NCBI RefSeq assembly: GCF_036321535.1
Contig: NC_087436.1
Coordinates: 110,362,001-110,426,000, forward strand
DNA from: Camelus dromedarius
Lineage: Eukaryota
Length of the DNA stretch: 64,000 bases
Reading direction: 5' to 3'
This document shows positions 38,011 through 50,480 of this stretch, piece by piece. How positions within the stretch are numbered: position 1 is the stretch's first letter; every line of letters starts with the position of its first letter. The notes beneath the pieces are model-generated. The model had not been told where the DNA came from, did no database searches, and saw only the letters and a program-made list of their open reading frames with translations. A program made the translations under genes and the position numbers.

Positions 38011-38999
38011 AGGAGAGCATTCTTTATCTTGAGATACCGTTTAACACCCTGAGAGTATTAAAAGTTAAAGTTCAATAATGTTACCTATTGGAGAGGATGT
38101 GCCTGACATTTATCTCAGAGTTACAATTTAAGGCTCATAGGTTGAAATTGTTGACATTTCAAGCTTACATATAGACCATAATACTCACATTTTACAGACT
38201 ATTCTTTTTGTAGGTGCTGAGATAACTGGTAAACTCAGAGAAAATTGTGCTAAATGAAGAATATACTCAATTCTATTTTTCTGTGTTAACCTATATAAAT
38301 CAGAACTCAAATATTCTCACAGGTATTTTTTTTTCTTCATTTACACGATATTTCTTCAACAAATATTTTGACACAGTAAAGCTCATCAAATAATACCTCT
38401 ATTCATATTTCTTAATGTTTCAAAGTTAGATGCTATAAATTTAGGCCACATCAATTTCATTTCATTATGTTATTAGATATGAATTTAACCAAATAACAAT
38501 AACATCTCTGATGATTTTTTTTTTTTACCAAGATGTTCCAAAGCACAAATTAGAGAAAATCAAAGTTATATCTCAGTTGTTTGAGCACTTGGTCTTTAAT
38601 TTTTTAAACTCCTGCTTTGATTTTGTTGTGATTAGTGTCAATGACTTCTCATTTTGTTTTCAATAAATACAATTACAATTCAACAAAGCTGTCAAAATAT
38701 TAAGCTTCATGGATTCCATTCATTAAACATTTTATTAAGGTATATTCCAACATATTTAATTTTTCAAAAGCTACCAGAATTTAAAAGGTTCAGTTATTGT
38801 AAATATATTTCAACACAATATATTTTCACGTAGGTCACATTGATGGCTTTCAGAGTAGCTATACAAAAGCTCAAACTTTTCTAAAATCCATTGGTGATGG
38901 ACAGTGGTGGGAAGTGTGCACACTGCTGGAAAATTTTTAATTTTAATTGTAATAAGATAAATACAACCTAAAATTTACCATCTTAGCCATTTCTTGTTT

Positions 39000-39370
39000 A
39001 TGTGTGTGTGTATATATATATATAGTTTTTATTGAAGTATAGTCAGTTTACAATGTTGTGTTAATTTCTGGTGTACAGCATAATGTTTCAGTCATACATG
39101 AACATACACATATTCATTTTCATATTCTTTTTCACTATCAATTACTACAAGATATTGAATATAGTTCCCTATGCTGTACAGTATGAACCCTATTAGTTAG
39201 TATCTGCAAATCTCAAACTCCCAAATTTCCCTTCCCACTCCTGTCCCCTTTGGTAACCATAAGTTTGTTTTCTATGTCTGTGAGTCTATTTCTGTTTTGT
39301 AAATAAGTTCATTTGTCTATTTTTTAGACTCCACATATAAGTGATATCATATGGTATTTTTCTTTCTTTG
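39000..39370 (-). mobile_element. Young camelid-type L1 3' end; tail is (TG)n(TA)n
   Basis: ttttattgaagtatagtcagtttacaatgttgtgttaatttctggtgtacagcataatgtttcagtcatacat...ccacatataagtgatatcatatggtattt. Confidence 0.9.
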
Positions 39371-40545
39371 TCTTATCTAATTGCTCTGACTAGGACATCC
39401 AGTACCAGGGAAGGGAGGTGGTAAAAGCTGGTATCTTATGATTTGTAGGAAAATATATATATTTGATCATTCAGACAACCAAAGAAATACTTCTTATTTA
39501 GTACCCTGAGAATTTGATCTCCATTCACAGTTCCTGGCTCACAGCTCCCCAAACACATGGAATTCCTAAGTGATAAGAGCAATAGGATATTTGTTCTCTA
39601 GGCCTGTTCCTGAAAATGCTTCAGGGAAAGTGACTTTGGGATCCCATCCAAAGGTGAGGACTGTTTGCCAGGAAAACCAATCATGTGATTAGAGGGTTGG
39701 AACTTTCAGCCCCATCACCTGATTTCTAGGGAGAGAGAAGGTTGAATCAATCACCACTGGCCAATGATTTAGTCAGTCATAATTATGTAATGAAGCCTCC
39801 ATAAACACCCAGAAGGATAGACAGCCTTTTGTCCCCTTTTCAGAGAGTCTTCTATTGGGGAAACAGAATGCTCCCAAGCATCAAGGTGCCAGGCCCCAAG
39901 CTCCACGAGGGCAAAAGCCCTTTTATTTGGAACCTCTTCCTGTGTATCTCTTCATCTGCTTGTTGATCTATATCCTTTAATATCTTTCTATAATAAATTG
40001 GTAATCTAGTAAGTAAATGAGTTTTCCTGAGTTCTGTAGGACATTCTAGCAAATTAATCAAAGCCAAGGAGCTGGGTGTGGGAGTCTCTGATCTACAGCC
40101 AGTTGGTCAGAAGTATAGGCAAGAACCTGGACTTATGACTGGCATCTGAAGTGGAGGGTGGTTTTTTGCAACTGAGACCTTTATCTGTGGAATCTGATTC
40201 TATCTCTGGGTAGATAGTATCAGAATGGAGTTGAATTTTTGACCACCCTGCTGGCCAACCAGAATTGCTTTTGGTATAAGGAAGCTTCAACCCACACATG
40301 TTGGAAAGGATCCAGGGATTCATTTTAGCAGGCATTTCCAGAAAAAGAGCTTTCAGTCTTTAACCATAGAGCATGATGTTAGCTATGGTTTTCAAATACA
40401 GTCTTTATTCTGCTGAGGTAGTTTTCTTCTTTCTATTCCTGGTTTGTTGAGTGTTTCTATCAAGGGTACTGACTTCTGTCAAGTGCTTTTACTGTATCAA
40501 TGAGAAGATCGTGTGGGAGTTCTCTTTTCCTTTATTCTGTATTAT
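39370..40545 (-). mobile_element. Older L1 ORF2 fragment split by a MER21-like LTR
   Basis: ctaattgctctgactaggacatccagtac (39378-39406) continues as gctttcagtctttaaccatagagcatgatgttagctatgg (40349 onward). Confidence 0.8.
39444..40334 (+). mobile_element. MER21-like solo LTR
   Basis: accaatcatgtgattagagggttggaactttcagcccca; ccaatgatttagtcagtcat..tatgtaatgaagcctccataaa; tctagcaaattaatcaaa; tctatctctgggtagatagtatcagaat. Confidence 0.85.
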
Positions 40546-40989
40546 ATTGCTTGATACCACTCTGCTTTCTGCCCCAATGGAGGAGCTGGGAAGTGGGTGC
40601 CATATTGGTTTTTCTCCCCAGTACTACTTATTATGTTTCCCCAACCCATCTTAAATATAGAAGATGAGAAGGCTACTCCTCATAGAGACGTTTGTTCTTA
40701 TCAGAAGAGATACTGACATCAGGCTTTTATTTGCTAAGCGATAGAATTTCAAAGAACCGTCCTGTTCTGTTACTGGGGCAGAGTATATTGAACGTTTCTT
40801 TAACTAGCATCTTTGGTAAGGCAAAAGGATTTGGTGTTGAACATTCTCTTCAGACAGTTTAAAGCTAAAACTTGGCTGGAGCTGCTTGGAATTGCATTGC
40901 AAAGGGGGCAAAGGCAGCCTACAAGTTTTACCAAAGGGCAAATATTGCTGAGCTAGATCCTCTCAAAATAATACAACCAAAAAAGGGCT

Positions 40990-41240
40990 GTCTACCAGCT
41001 TTGGGGCCCCAGGCAGGACAGCGGGAGCTGAGAGGACTCAATAGGTCAGAGATTGAGTCTCAATTTAGGCTCGACTGGACTTTTTAAATAATCTAGAAAT
41101 GAGACTTTGTTTTGTATGAAAATGGCCAGAAAATCTATAGGATTAGCTCTGATATTGGACTGGGAAGGGGAGGGATGATGGAGCAAAGTGAGTGACAAAG
41201 AATTTGTTTTCTGCTTGCCGTCCTAAGTCTAGCACTTCTA
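40990..41240 (+). mobile_element. Possible MamGypLTR 3' portion
   Basis: ggactttttaaataatctagaaatgagact...ggccagaaaatctatagg resembles a MamGypLTR motif block. Confidence 0.4.
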
Positions 41241-43263
41241 CTGTGCCTTAGAGGTAGATATGCAAATACATCAAAAGGTATCTAGGATACACTGCCAACG
41301 TTTTTTTCTTTAAAGAGCTCATTTCATTATGAAACTTTGTAGACAGCTTTCTAGAGGAGGTGCGATTTCAGGATACAAGGCGGTATTTAGGGGGTGGGGA
41401 CACACACGTTTCCAAATCAAGACAAGCATGAATAGCAGGGGGAAAGGAGAGTAGCGAAAGGAATAATGTTTAAGAGTCTCTGCAGGAAAGTAAAATACCT
41501 AGTTTTATAGACAGGGAAGCTTATGTAGACTGTAAAATGTTAAAAGAGCTTGAAAAGTAGATGTAAGTATGATTTTAAGGACTTTAAACTTGAGTTTATG
41601 AAATAACTTTTTTGTTGGGAGGGGAGATGGGGGAGCAACAGTGAAATATTGTAGATTCCTGAACTGACCCTGAGACGATCAAAATACTATTTTAGGATGT
41701 GTAACCTGACACAACGGACGCAACAAGGGGAAGTGTGTCAGGAAACAAAGTTAGGATTCCAGCAGCAGCTGGAATCTGCTCCCTCATGTTTGGGTTTCTG
41801 TGGAAGCATTCCCCGGGCAGGAATGAGCTTGCACCATCCTTCCCCTTTTTGAGCCTGTAACCAAATGCACTAACTGTAAATTCAGATTTAGAATACAAGT
41901 GCTTGGACTCCAAAAACACACACTTTTAACCACCATCCAGTTCTTTCACAATCAAGTCTACTATAAATACCCTTATATCATTACCATTTCCCTTGTGATA
42001 ATGGGAAGAGAGGAAAACCCTACAAATCATTAGAGAATTTATTTTATCTCACTTTATTTTCTGCTTTCATCTCATGATATGAATGTGATTTTAACTTCAG
42101 AGAATACTGTTGATTCACCAGGAGTCCAAGATTTTAATCTGCACATCTCTAAAACAATCCAAAGTGCAAACCAGCATTTATAGTGGTTCCCAAACTGAAG
42201 CTGTCTTTGGAAATTTTCTTTTTTCTTAAGTGTTCTGTGTTTATTTGTCAATGAGAAGTCTTCACAGAATACTTTTGCATGTATTTTGACTATGGTCTTA
42301 ACTAGGACCCTTTGCCCTCACAGAATAAAATCAGATGTTCCAAGCACCACAAGCCAAAGAGCCTGGTTCTATTTTATCATTCCATAAGGCATAAGGCTTC
42401 AGACTTTGTGAATATCTGAGAATGTACTGGCCTTTGCTGAGTCTCTTTGGACCATCCTCAAGTCAGCTCTATGAGCATTTATTGTTCATAAGAGTGGGTG
42501 ATCTTTCATTTTTTCCCCAAGCTAACTTTGCCTTAATGGCAGAGGATTTTACAGAGAGCTGTTCAGCAGTAACAATAATAAAATAATTTAATTCCTCAGT
42601 AAATTGAATTCTTTAGTCAAGAATGCTCTTTATGTTTGACAAACATAAACGTGTGACAATATTACTGTTCATAAGCAAAGGATGCAATTGTGAACATAAC
42701 TTACACTGGAACTTATGGTAAAATCATTTTAACTCTTTTTGCTCATTTATACACTGTGTTTGGCTCATGTTTTTCATTTGGGAATATGTAAAATCATATG
42801 CATTTTAGTTTACAAAAGAACTGTGGTATTTTCCCCTTTGATACAAAAACATTTATTAATGTTTAAATGGAGCTTTCAAAAGTCAAGCAGATTTAATTTG
42901 AGACTTATGAATAAAAGATTTGCACTTAGATTAAATTTTTCTCTAAGGCACCTGTGTCTTTCCTTTATTGATCATTATGTTGCACAAGGAAGTTGTGTTA
43001 ATTCATTGTGTTGTTATTTTAAATAATGTTCGACCGAATTTATTCATTCAGAGATACAACCCCAACACCTCCAAGGATGGGTCAGCACTCTGAACTCTCC
43101 AGCATGCTTTTTTTTTAGAGGGGACTTTCATGTAGATGAGAACAAACATTCTCTCAGTTTTGAGTAATAATACATTTAAATGAATCCTTTTAGAATCAGT
43201 TTAGCTGATTCTAACTCTAACTCAGCCATATTCCAGATTAGGGTTCAAGAATAGCCAGGACTT

Positions 43264-44385
43264 TGTAACAAAACTAATTCACAATTTTCAACACCTCTCC
43301 CACATATAAAGTGTAAAATGTTGAGGAGTCAGAGGTTAAGGAGGAATTTTAGAGAAATCCATTGGGTTCTATGAGTGCCACTAGCGCCAGAAGGTCAGGG
43401 ATGGCATTCCCATGCCTCACCTCAAACCTTGAGAAAAGGCTTCGAATGAGCACTCAGGGTGCTTATTATATGTCCTGGAGACTCAAGAAGCAAAGTGGAC
43501 TCACTTCTGTTTCTTTGCCTTGAAAAATCTAAAGAGGGATAGATTGACTACGGAGACCAGTGGAAAAGGCACCATAGCAAGCGCAGTTTGGGGAGTAATT
43601 GCATTGCCTATGTAGATGGGCCCCACGTGGCTTGTTCCCATGAACTACAAGTAGACTACACATGAGAGAGCGAAGTGAAATGAGAGGTTCTCATTCTCCC
43701 ATGTGTGGAGAGGCAAGGGGTCTTGGAAACCTTGGAAACTAGAATTGTACTTTTGTCACCTACAAGCTTAGGATGAAGTCGTAATTGCCCAGGCAATAAC
43801 ATTAACACACTTGTCCAATCAGAGTTCCCAGTGATGAAAAACAGGCCTCACAAGAATCCAGGAAACTTATCAGAGAATGAATGAGTCACTGCAAACACCT
43901 CCTAGACCCAGAGACCACCAAACCCAGCTAACTCATATTTTTCTAATGAAAAAAAAATTTTGCTTCATGTATCTCTCTTCCCTCTACTGCTGAAAGTTTT
44001 CCAATTCTACTGGTCAGAAATCTACTAGCAAGATGGGGGAAGAAAAGCAGAAGTGCTGGTAGTGGGAAAATGTAAGCAATCTCTGAAGCCTCACTCCTGC
44101 ATGTAATCAGCTTGACCCAGGTCCTAGCTACACTACAGGATGGGAAAACTGGCCTTCCAACAAAGTTTTAAGATTTTTATTATTACACTGTAATGGACAA
44201 AATTAGGATTGAACTGAGACTTCTTTGTGGATTGGCGTTACAATGACATTTTTGTTATCTAAGACTGAACAGCTGATTGAGGTGGACAGGAAGAACCAGT
44301 CTCATAAACTGGGCTTGAATGGACAGTAGGGGACGGGAGGGAGCACGTGTTGCTGTCAAATAAATAGTCCTACCTATTTAACATA
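43264..44385 (+). mobile_element. MamGypLTR-like ancient Gypsy LTR
   Basis: tgtaaca start; gatttttattattacact...ggattgaactgagacttctttgtg...ttatctaag...; ends tcctacctatttaaca. Confidence 0.55.
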
Positions 44386-44559
44386 ATAATTTTGCTTCCC
44401 TTATTAGCTTTCATGTGGCAAATATAAAATGAAGTGGTCACAGCCCAGGCAGAGAGAACACACTATTCAATGTCAAGAAAGCAAGGGAAAATCTGGTGTG
44501 TTTGGGAAGCTTAAAATGGTCAGTATGGTTGATACTCAGGCTTAAAGGAAGAAAAGATT

Positions 44560-45400
44560 GTTAAAAATCTTCAAAATTTCTACAAGCCAGTCAGGTCTTT
44601 GCCTTCTTAAAACTATTCCAGAAACCCAAGAGGCTATGCCAAGATCACTTTTACTATGGTCCTGGCTCCACCTGCTCTACTTTGTGTGTAATCTGCTTTT
44701 GCCTCCTGCCGTATACATGGAATGTCTCCTTTCAAGATCACTCATGACTTCTCTTCCTAATTGTTACATCCAATGCAAAATGTACAAAGTTTGTTTCACA
44801 CAGCTAAACTCTTCCTTCTGGCATTCCTCTTTTCCCATGACTTCTGTGACAACTCTCTAAATCGAATTTACTTTATAGGAATTCAGGCTCTGCAGTCAGA
44901 CTTCCTGACTTCAAACCCAGATCCACCACTTACAAACATATGCTTTGGGACATCATTTATTATCCCTAAGCCTTCATTTCCCCATATATAAAATGAGATA
45001 ATAATTTTATATATATTCATAACCCAGCATAGTGTCTATTATATAATAAACATCCAATTAATATTAATTAAACTTTACCATTTTTATTGTCAGAATCATC
45101 TCGTCTCCCCCTATAAGTTTCTTTCCATCTTGGAACTCTATCCCTCATTCTGGACATAAAATATTTGTATTTCCTAGAGTTATGCCTTCTCTGTGTAATT
45201 TATATATTTAACTCACTTGATTTCTTTTATTTCCCTACTTACAGCTATCACTTGTGTTCTTACAGTTCACAAATCTCCTTCAGGGTTACACTGCTCCTCT
45301 GAACCTCAGGTCCAAATATACAGCTGCTTAATGAAACTTTGCATTTGATACCGTACCTCTTCAAACCCAGTATTTCGAAAATCAAACTCATCAACTATTC
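44560..45400 (+). mobile_element. L2 fragments with an embedded MIR (about 44880-45060)
   Basis: cctcttttcccatgacttctgtgacaac; ctcctctgaacctcaggtcc; MIR cctaagccttcatttccccatatataaaatgagataata. Confidence 0.65.
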
Positions 45401-45489
45401 TCTCCTTCTGACCCTACACACACACACACCCACACACACCTCTTTTTAGCCTTTTGTTTCCAAGGTAGGTACTAACACTTCAAAAACAT

Positions 45490-46955
45490 ATTTCAGTTAT
45501 TGTTTGTTTTCTTACCATTGGGTTCTGGGTACAAATATCTTATCAAATATGTAATATAAAATATTTTCTTTCATTCTATGGCTTATATTTTTTGATAGTA
45601 TCGTTCAAAGAGCAGCAGTTTTGAAATTCTTAATGTTGATGAAGTCCTGTGTATAATATTGTTTAATAGATTGTGTTCTTGTGGTCTAATCAAAGAAAAC
45701 CTTCCCTAGCCAAGGTCACAAATACTTCTACCTGTGCTATTTCCTGAGAATTTTACACTTTTAGGTCTTATTTTTAGATTTATGACCCATTTTGAGTTCA
45801 AGAACCAATATTTGTATTTATTTTGGTTTGTTTGTTTATTTATTTATTATTTTATTTGATTTATTTTGCACATGGATGTCCAATTGTTCTGGCAACATTT
45901 GTTGGAAAGATGGCCAAATCAATATTGAATTGCCTTTACTCCTTGGGCAAAACTTCATCGATCCTGTACCTTGAGTCTACTTCTGGAATCTAGTCTGCTC
46001 CTTATGTATCTGTAACTTCACCAATACCACACTCCTTTGAATACTAAATCTATGTGATGTCTTAAAATAGGGCAAGTAGTCCTTGAATTTTTCAAAAATG
46101 TTTGGCTATTAGACTAATTCCATTGCCTTCCCATATAAACCTTAAAATCAGATTGTCAAATTTTACAAAGATTTTCTGCTAAAATTTTAATTTAGGTTGA
46201 TTTGAAACTAAAGGTCAGTTCAGAGATAACTGACATCTTCTAAACATTAAACCTTCCAATCCATGAATAAGGCATATATCTATTCACTCAAATATTTTAC
46301 TCATCAGTGTTTTACAATGGTCAGTGTACAAAATCTGCACAGATTTTATTATACGTGTACCACATTGGTTCATGATTTTGGTGCTATTATTAACAATACT
46401 TTTTAAATTTCAAAATAGTCAATTTTTAATATGTGTGGTTATTTTTTGTGTATTGACTTTGTAACCTGAAACTCTGCTAAACTTACTAGTTCTAGTAGCA
46501 TTTTTTACGTTTCTTGGTATTTTCTAAGTAGATAATTACGTTATCTAAAATGGAGATAATTTTACTTCTTCCATAACTGTTGGTATGGATTTCTTTCTTT
46601 TTTCTGTCTCAGTGCAATGACTAGAACCTAGGGTATGATGTTCACAGGTCTGGCAAGACGGGACACCACTGCCTTGTACTCTGTCTTGGTGCGCAAGCAT
46701 TCAATTTTCCACCATTAAGAAACTAGCGATCTTTTTGTGTCGATGCCCATTTTCATGTTGAAGAAGTTTTCTTTAGTCCCTCGTTTGTTAAGAGTTTTTA
46801 TTAGGAATGGATGTTAGGTTTTGTTAAAAGTCATATTTTACATCTTCTGAGAGGATCAAATGATTTTTCTTCCATATATTATTAATGTGATAAATTATAC
46901 TGATTAATTTTCAGATGCTGAACAAACATCACATTCCCGGGATAGACTGCACTTT
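45490..46955 (-). mobile_element. Old L1 (L1MD/ME-type) ORF2 remnant
   Basis: ttgatgaagtcc; cctagccaaggtcacaaa; gcattcaattttcccaccattaag; gttgaagaagttttcttt. Confidence 0.85.
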
Positions 46956-46960
46956 GCAAT

Positions 46961-46982
46961 CACACACACACACACACACACA
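46961..46982. repeat. (CA)11 microsatellite
   Basis: Read directly from the sequence. Confidence 0.95.
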
Positions 46983-48515
46983 TTCTATTTACATATATTT
47001 CATTTGTGAAAATCAGATTTTCAACCTGGGAAGATTCACCAGGGTAGACTGTTCAGCGTTAAATCAGTGACTGGAACAGAGCAGAGAGTGCCAAGACACC
47101 AGGACTCTGATGAAAAGTCGCCAGATTGAGAATGACACTGAAGTGATGGACACAGATTACATAACGTTCCTTTCATGGTAAACCTAATACACAACAATAC
47201 GATACAAACTCCAACTTAAGGCTTCAATAGTTTTATGCTGCATTACAATATGAGAACTGAAAATCTTGCTGTGTGGCACTCAAAATACCTCTCTCTCCTA
47301 TTCAGAGCACAACAACTCATGTATAATTACATTTTTTATAGATACATACACTAAGAATTTAAAACTTATTCTATTTGGGAAATTTTAAATGTTTCTAAAC
47401 CTATAAACTTTTATATATTTTGCCAATTAAAAATAATAAAACTTCTAATCATTAAAAATTGAATTAACATAAAATATACATAGTTGCATAAGATGTAATA
47501 AAATTTATAATTTGGAAATATTCAGAAGGGAGTAACCAGGAGGTTACTTCCCAAGGGTGATAGAGACAGGATTCAAACTAGAGGTGAGAATCTGGAGGGA
47601 GAAAGAGTAAAACTATCACATAAATGACCCACAGGCTATATCTTATCTTCTCCATCTGGAGGCTATTATTCCTGAAACAGACAATGGAATCGAAAAAGTT
47701 GTGCGCTGTTTTCTTGAATTCTTTGGCAACCATGAGCTCAGTATACTTCCAAAGATTACAACTGTTGGTGTATTCTCCAATGGGAATGTCAGGGCTACCT
47801 TAAGGACCTGCCTGGATCAAAGGAAAAAAAAAATCCAAGAGGTGTGAATTTGCTCCTGAGTTAAGCGATAGTAAGGATTAGGAGAGGTTTAGAAAGAGGA
47901 CCTAGAGTGAAACGAACCAGAGCAAACAGGATATACCCCTAACTAAACTGTGTAGTGGCATCATGGCTAGCACACACCTGAGCTTCTTATGAAATGAGAG
48001 TCCAGAGTCAGCTCAACAACCCCCTTCTTCCTTTCTGTCCCTCTCAGAGCAGAGCCCACGTTGAAAGCAAAGTACTTTAATAAGCTGAGCCAGCTTCAGA
48101 GCTTGAGTCACTCTTCCATGAGAATTTAGGCTATATAAAAAAAAAAAAAAAATGTGGCATATGTGTTAGGACTCCCCCTGGATTGCTTTAGAGACATATG
48201 GAGAAGCAAAACTCCTGGTCACACATTTCAGAAACTAACATTTATCAAGGTACCACCTGTCCTGGGGCTCTGCTCTTCTACCTACTTCTATCAGCGTGTC
48301 TACATCATCCACCCTGGTGAATTTTCCTTGGCCTATTCATATAGTATTTGGGGACAGAATTGTTTGGTTTTATGACTCATATTCTGTCTTACAGTTGAAA
48401 TTTTTGAGAGTTGCCCCTAGCCTGAGAGATACGAAAGAATTTATTGTAACTTTATGGCAACCCAGGTTTCCTTGAGCTGGTTGGCGTATACAGAGAATGG
48501 GAGAGGAAGAAGGGG

Positions 48516-49013
48516 TGTGAATTAGAAATACTGCAAACCATATCAGCAAACAAAGAATGCTGAAACCATCAAGTCATCAGCTGCTGTCGCCACCCCCTAG
48601 TGAAGACAAGCCTGCAGCCCAGCCTCTGCAGCCACTCACCATGGTGCACCCTAAGGGGACTCAGAATAAGAAAGGACAGGATACTGGCCCTAGATAGCGA
48701 GGGGCTTGTCAAAGGAATGAATTCAGTGAGCCCAAATGTTGGCTTCCTCCCATACAGAGAAAAGCGCTACATTCTTTAACTTGAGATGCCTGGTTTTCTT
48801 TAGTTCACAAGTAACCTTTTAAAGTTCCAATTACCTGGTCTTTGTTGTAAAGCTCCTATATATCCTTGCTCCTCTCCTACCTCTTTGGAGCAGTCCCTCA
48901 GAGAGATCTGGGAGGTTGTCATCCCAGACTCAAAGGGGTTTGAGTCCTCAGAAATGTCCGCCAAATAAAACATAACTCTCAACTTTTAGGCTGTGCATTT
49001 ATTCCAGTCGACG
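48516..49013 (+). mobile_element. ERV1 solo LTR, MER41-family (cetartiodactyl MER41_BT-like)
   Basis: TG start; TATA-like ctcctatatatcc; ctttggagcagtccctcagag; ccgccaaataaaacataactctcaacttttaggctgtgcattt; 4-bp TSD GGGG at 48512-48515 / 49014-49017. Confidence 0.88.
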
Positions 49014-49499
49014 GGGGAAAGTGTTCTGTTATGTTGTACTTTACAAAGTTTCTTTTTTTGCTCTTGGTTAATAGGAAAATAGACACTTTGTAAATCTCCA
49101 GACTTGCTGTAGGCTTCATGTTTAATGAAGTAAAGGATATTTGATAGTTTTCCAAAGCAGAGCACAGCTGGAACAAAATCATCAAAGTATTAGCAATTTG
49201 CATGCTCTATATACAATTGGTGATATTTGTACTGAGTATTTAAACAATATACTTAAGGCTTGAAACACAAAGATAGACAGACACACTCACTGGTTTCTAA
49301 GTGTTTCCTGGTCCTTACAGTGATCTGCATAAGCCTCTTAACAAGACAGAAATCCTATTTGACTGAACTGTCTCATTTTAGCAAAGACATCATATCACTC
49401 TGTAACTCTGTTTTAAAGGCTTTGACACACTTTCTTCATCTTTCTTTTCTTCTTTCCATATCTGAAAAATGGAAATCTTCAAATATCATTTAATCTCTC

Positions 49500-50253
49500 T
49501 TAAAATCAGTTTAATTGTGAGCAAACATCATTATGCTAGATGCTGCACAAGTTGCATTTTGAACCCTGCTTTCAAGGAAATTACACTATTTTAGAGAAGA
49601 TAAGCAATAATTACTACAAGCTGACAAGTGGCCACAGGAGAGGGATGGTTTTAGGCAGTTGGCTATCTAAAGAGTCATGAAAAATCTCAAAGAGGAGTTA
49701 TGCCAAGTTGGATGTTAAGGGATGAATGGAAATTTCTTCCAGTTAAAGACATTTCAAGTGGAAAGACTATAGCATTGTCTGTTAGGGAATCCACAAGTAA
49801 CTCAACATGGCTGTCAGGTAAATAAAGCATTACTCGGATGGGATGGAATGGGGGAATTGCTGGAGAGAAAACTGGACAGATGGGTGAGGGAGAGATCAGG
49901 AAATCCTAATATGCAATGCTAAGAAGCTTGGACTTCACTCTGTAGAGAATTGGAGAGCTTTTAATCAAAGGAACAATTTGATCAGATTTTATTTTAAAAA
50001 GAAAGTTATGTGGAGGTTAGATTAAATTGAAACAAGACTGGAGGCTGGGGGTTCACTCAAAATACCATTAAAGATTCAGGCAAAAAGCAATTTTAAAAGG
50101 GTTTGCGATAAACAATAAGTTCATACTGTATAGCACAGGGTTAGAGTATATTCAGTATCTTGTAGTAACTTATGGTGAAAAAAATATGAAAACAAATATA
50201 TATATGAGTTTGACACAACATTATAAACTGACTATACTTCAAATATATATATA

Positions 50254-50284
<31 letters not shown>

Positions 50285-50480
50285 GTATATGTATATGTAT
50301 ATGGTTTGAATTAAAGTGGGGGTGAAAATATGGAGGTAAACTAAAAAGGAAATCTGAGGGTAGAATTTAGAAGACCGGTCTACGAGTGATTGGAAATTGG
50401 GCCACAGAATGAGAAAGCTCGGAGGAAAGGACAAAAGTGAGAGGAAGAGTCAAGCATAATTTCAAAATTTGAGACATCTC
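49500..50480 (-). mobile_element. L2 LINE remnant interrupted by an L1 3' end
   Basis: atgcaatgctaagaagcttggacttcactctgtag; tgatcagattttattttaaaaaga; gagaggaagagtcaagcataatttc. Confidence 0.8.
50108..50302 (+). mobile_element. Young camelid-type L1 3' end; tail converted to (TA)n/(TATATG)n
   Basis: ataaacaataagttcatactgtatagcacaggg...gacacaacattataaactgactatacttcaa followed by TA repeats at 50244-50302. Confidence 0.88.

Noticed and set aside
43190..43214. 10-bp inverted repeat ttagaatcag/ctgattctaa
   Set aside because: Short, AT-rich and isolated; too small for a miRNA or MITE.
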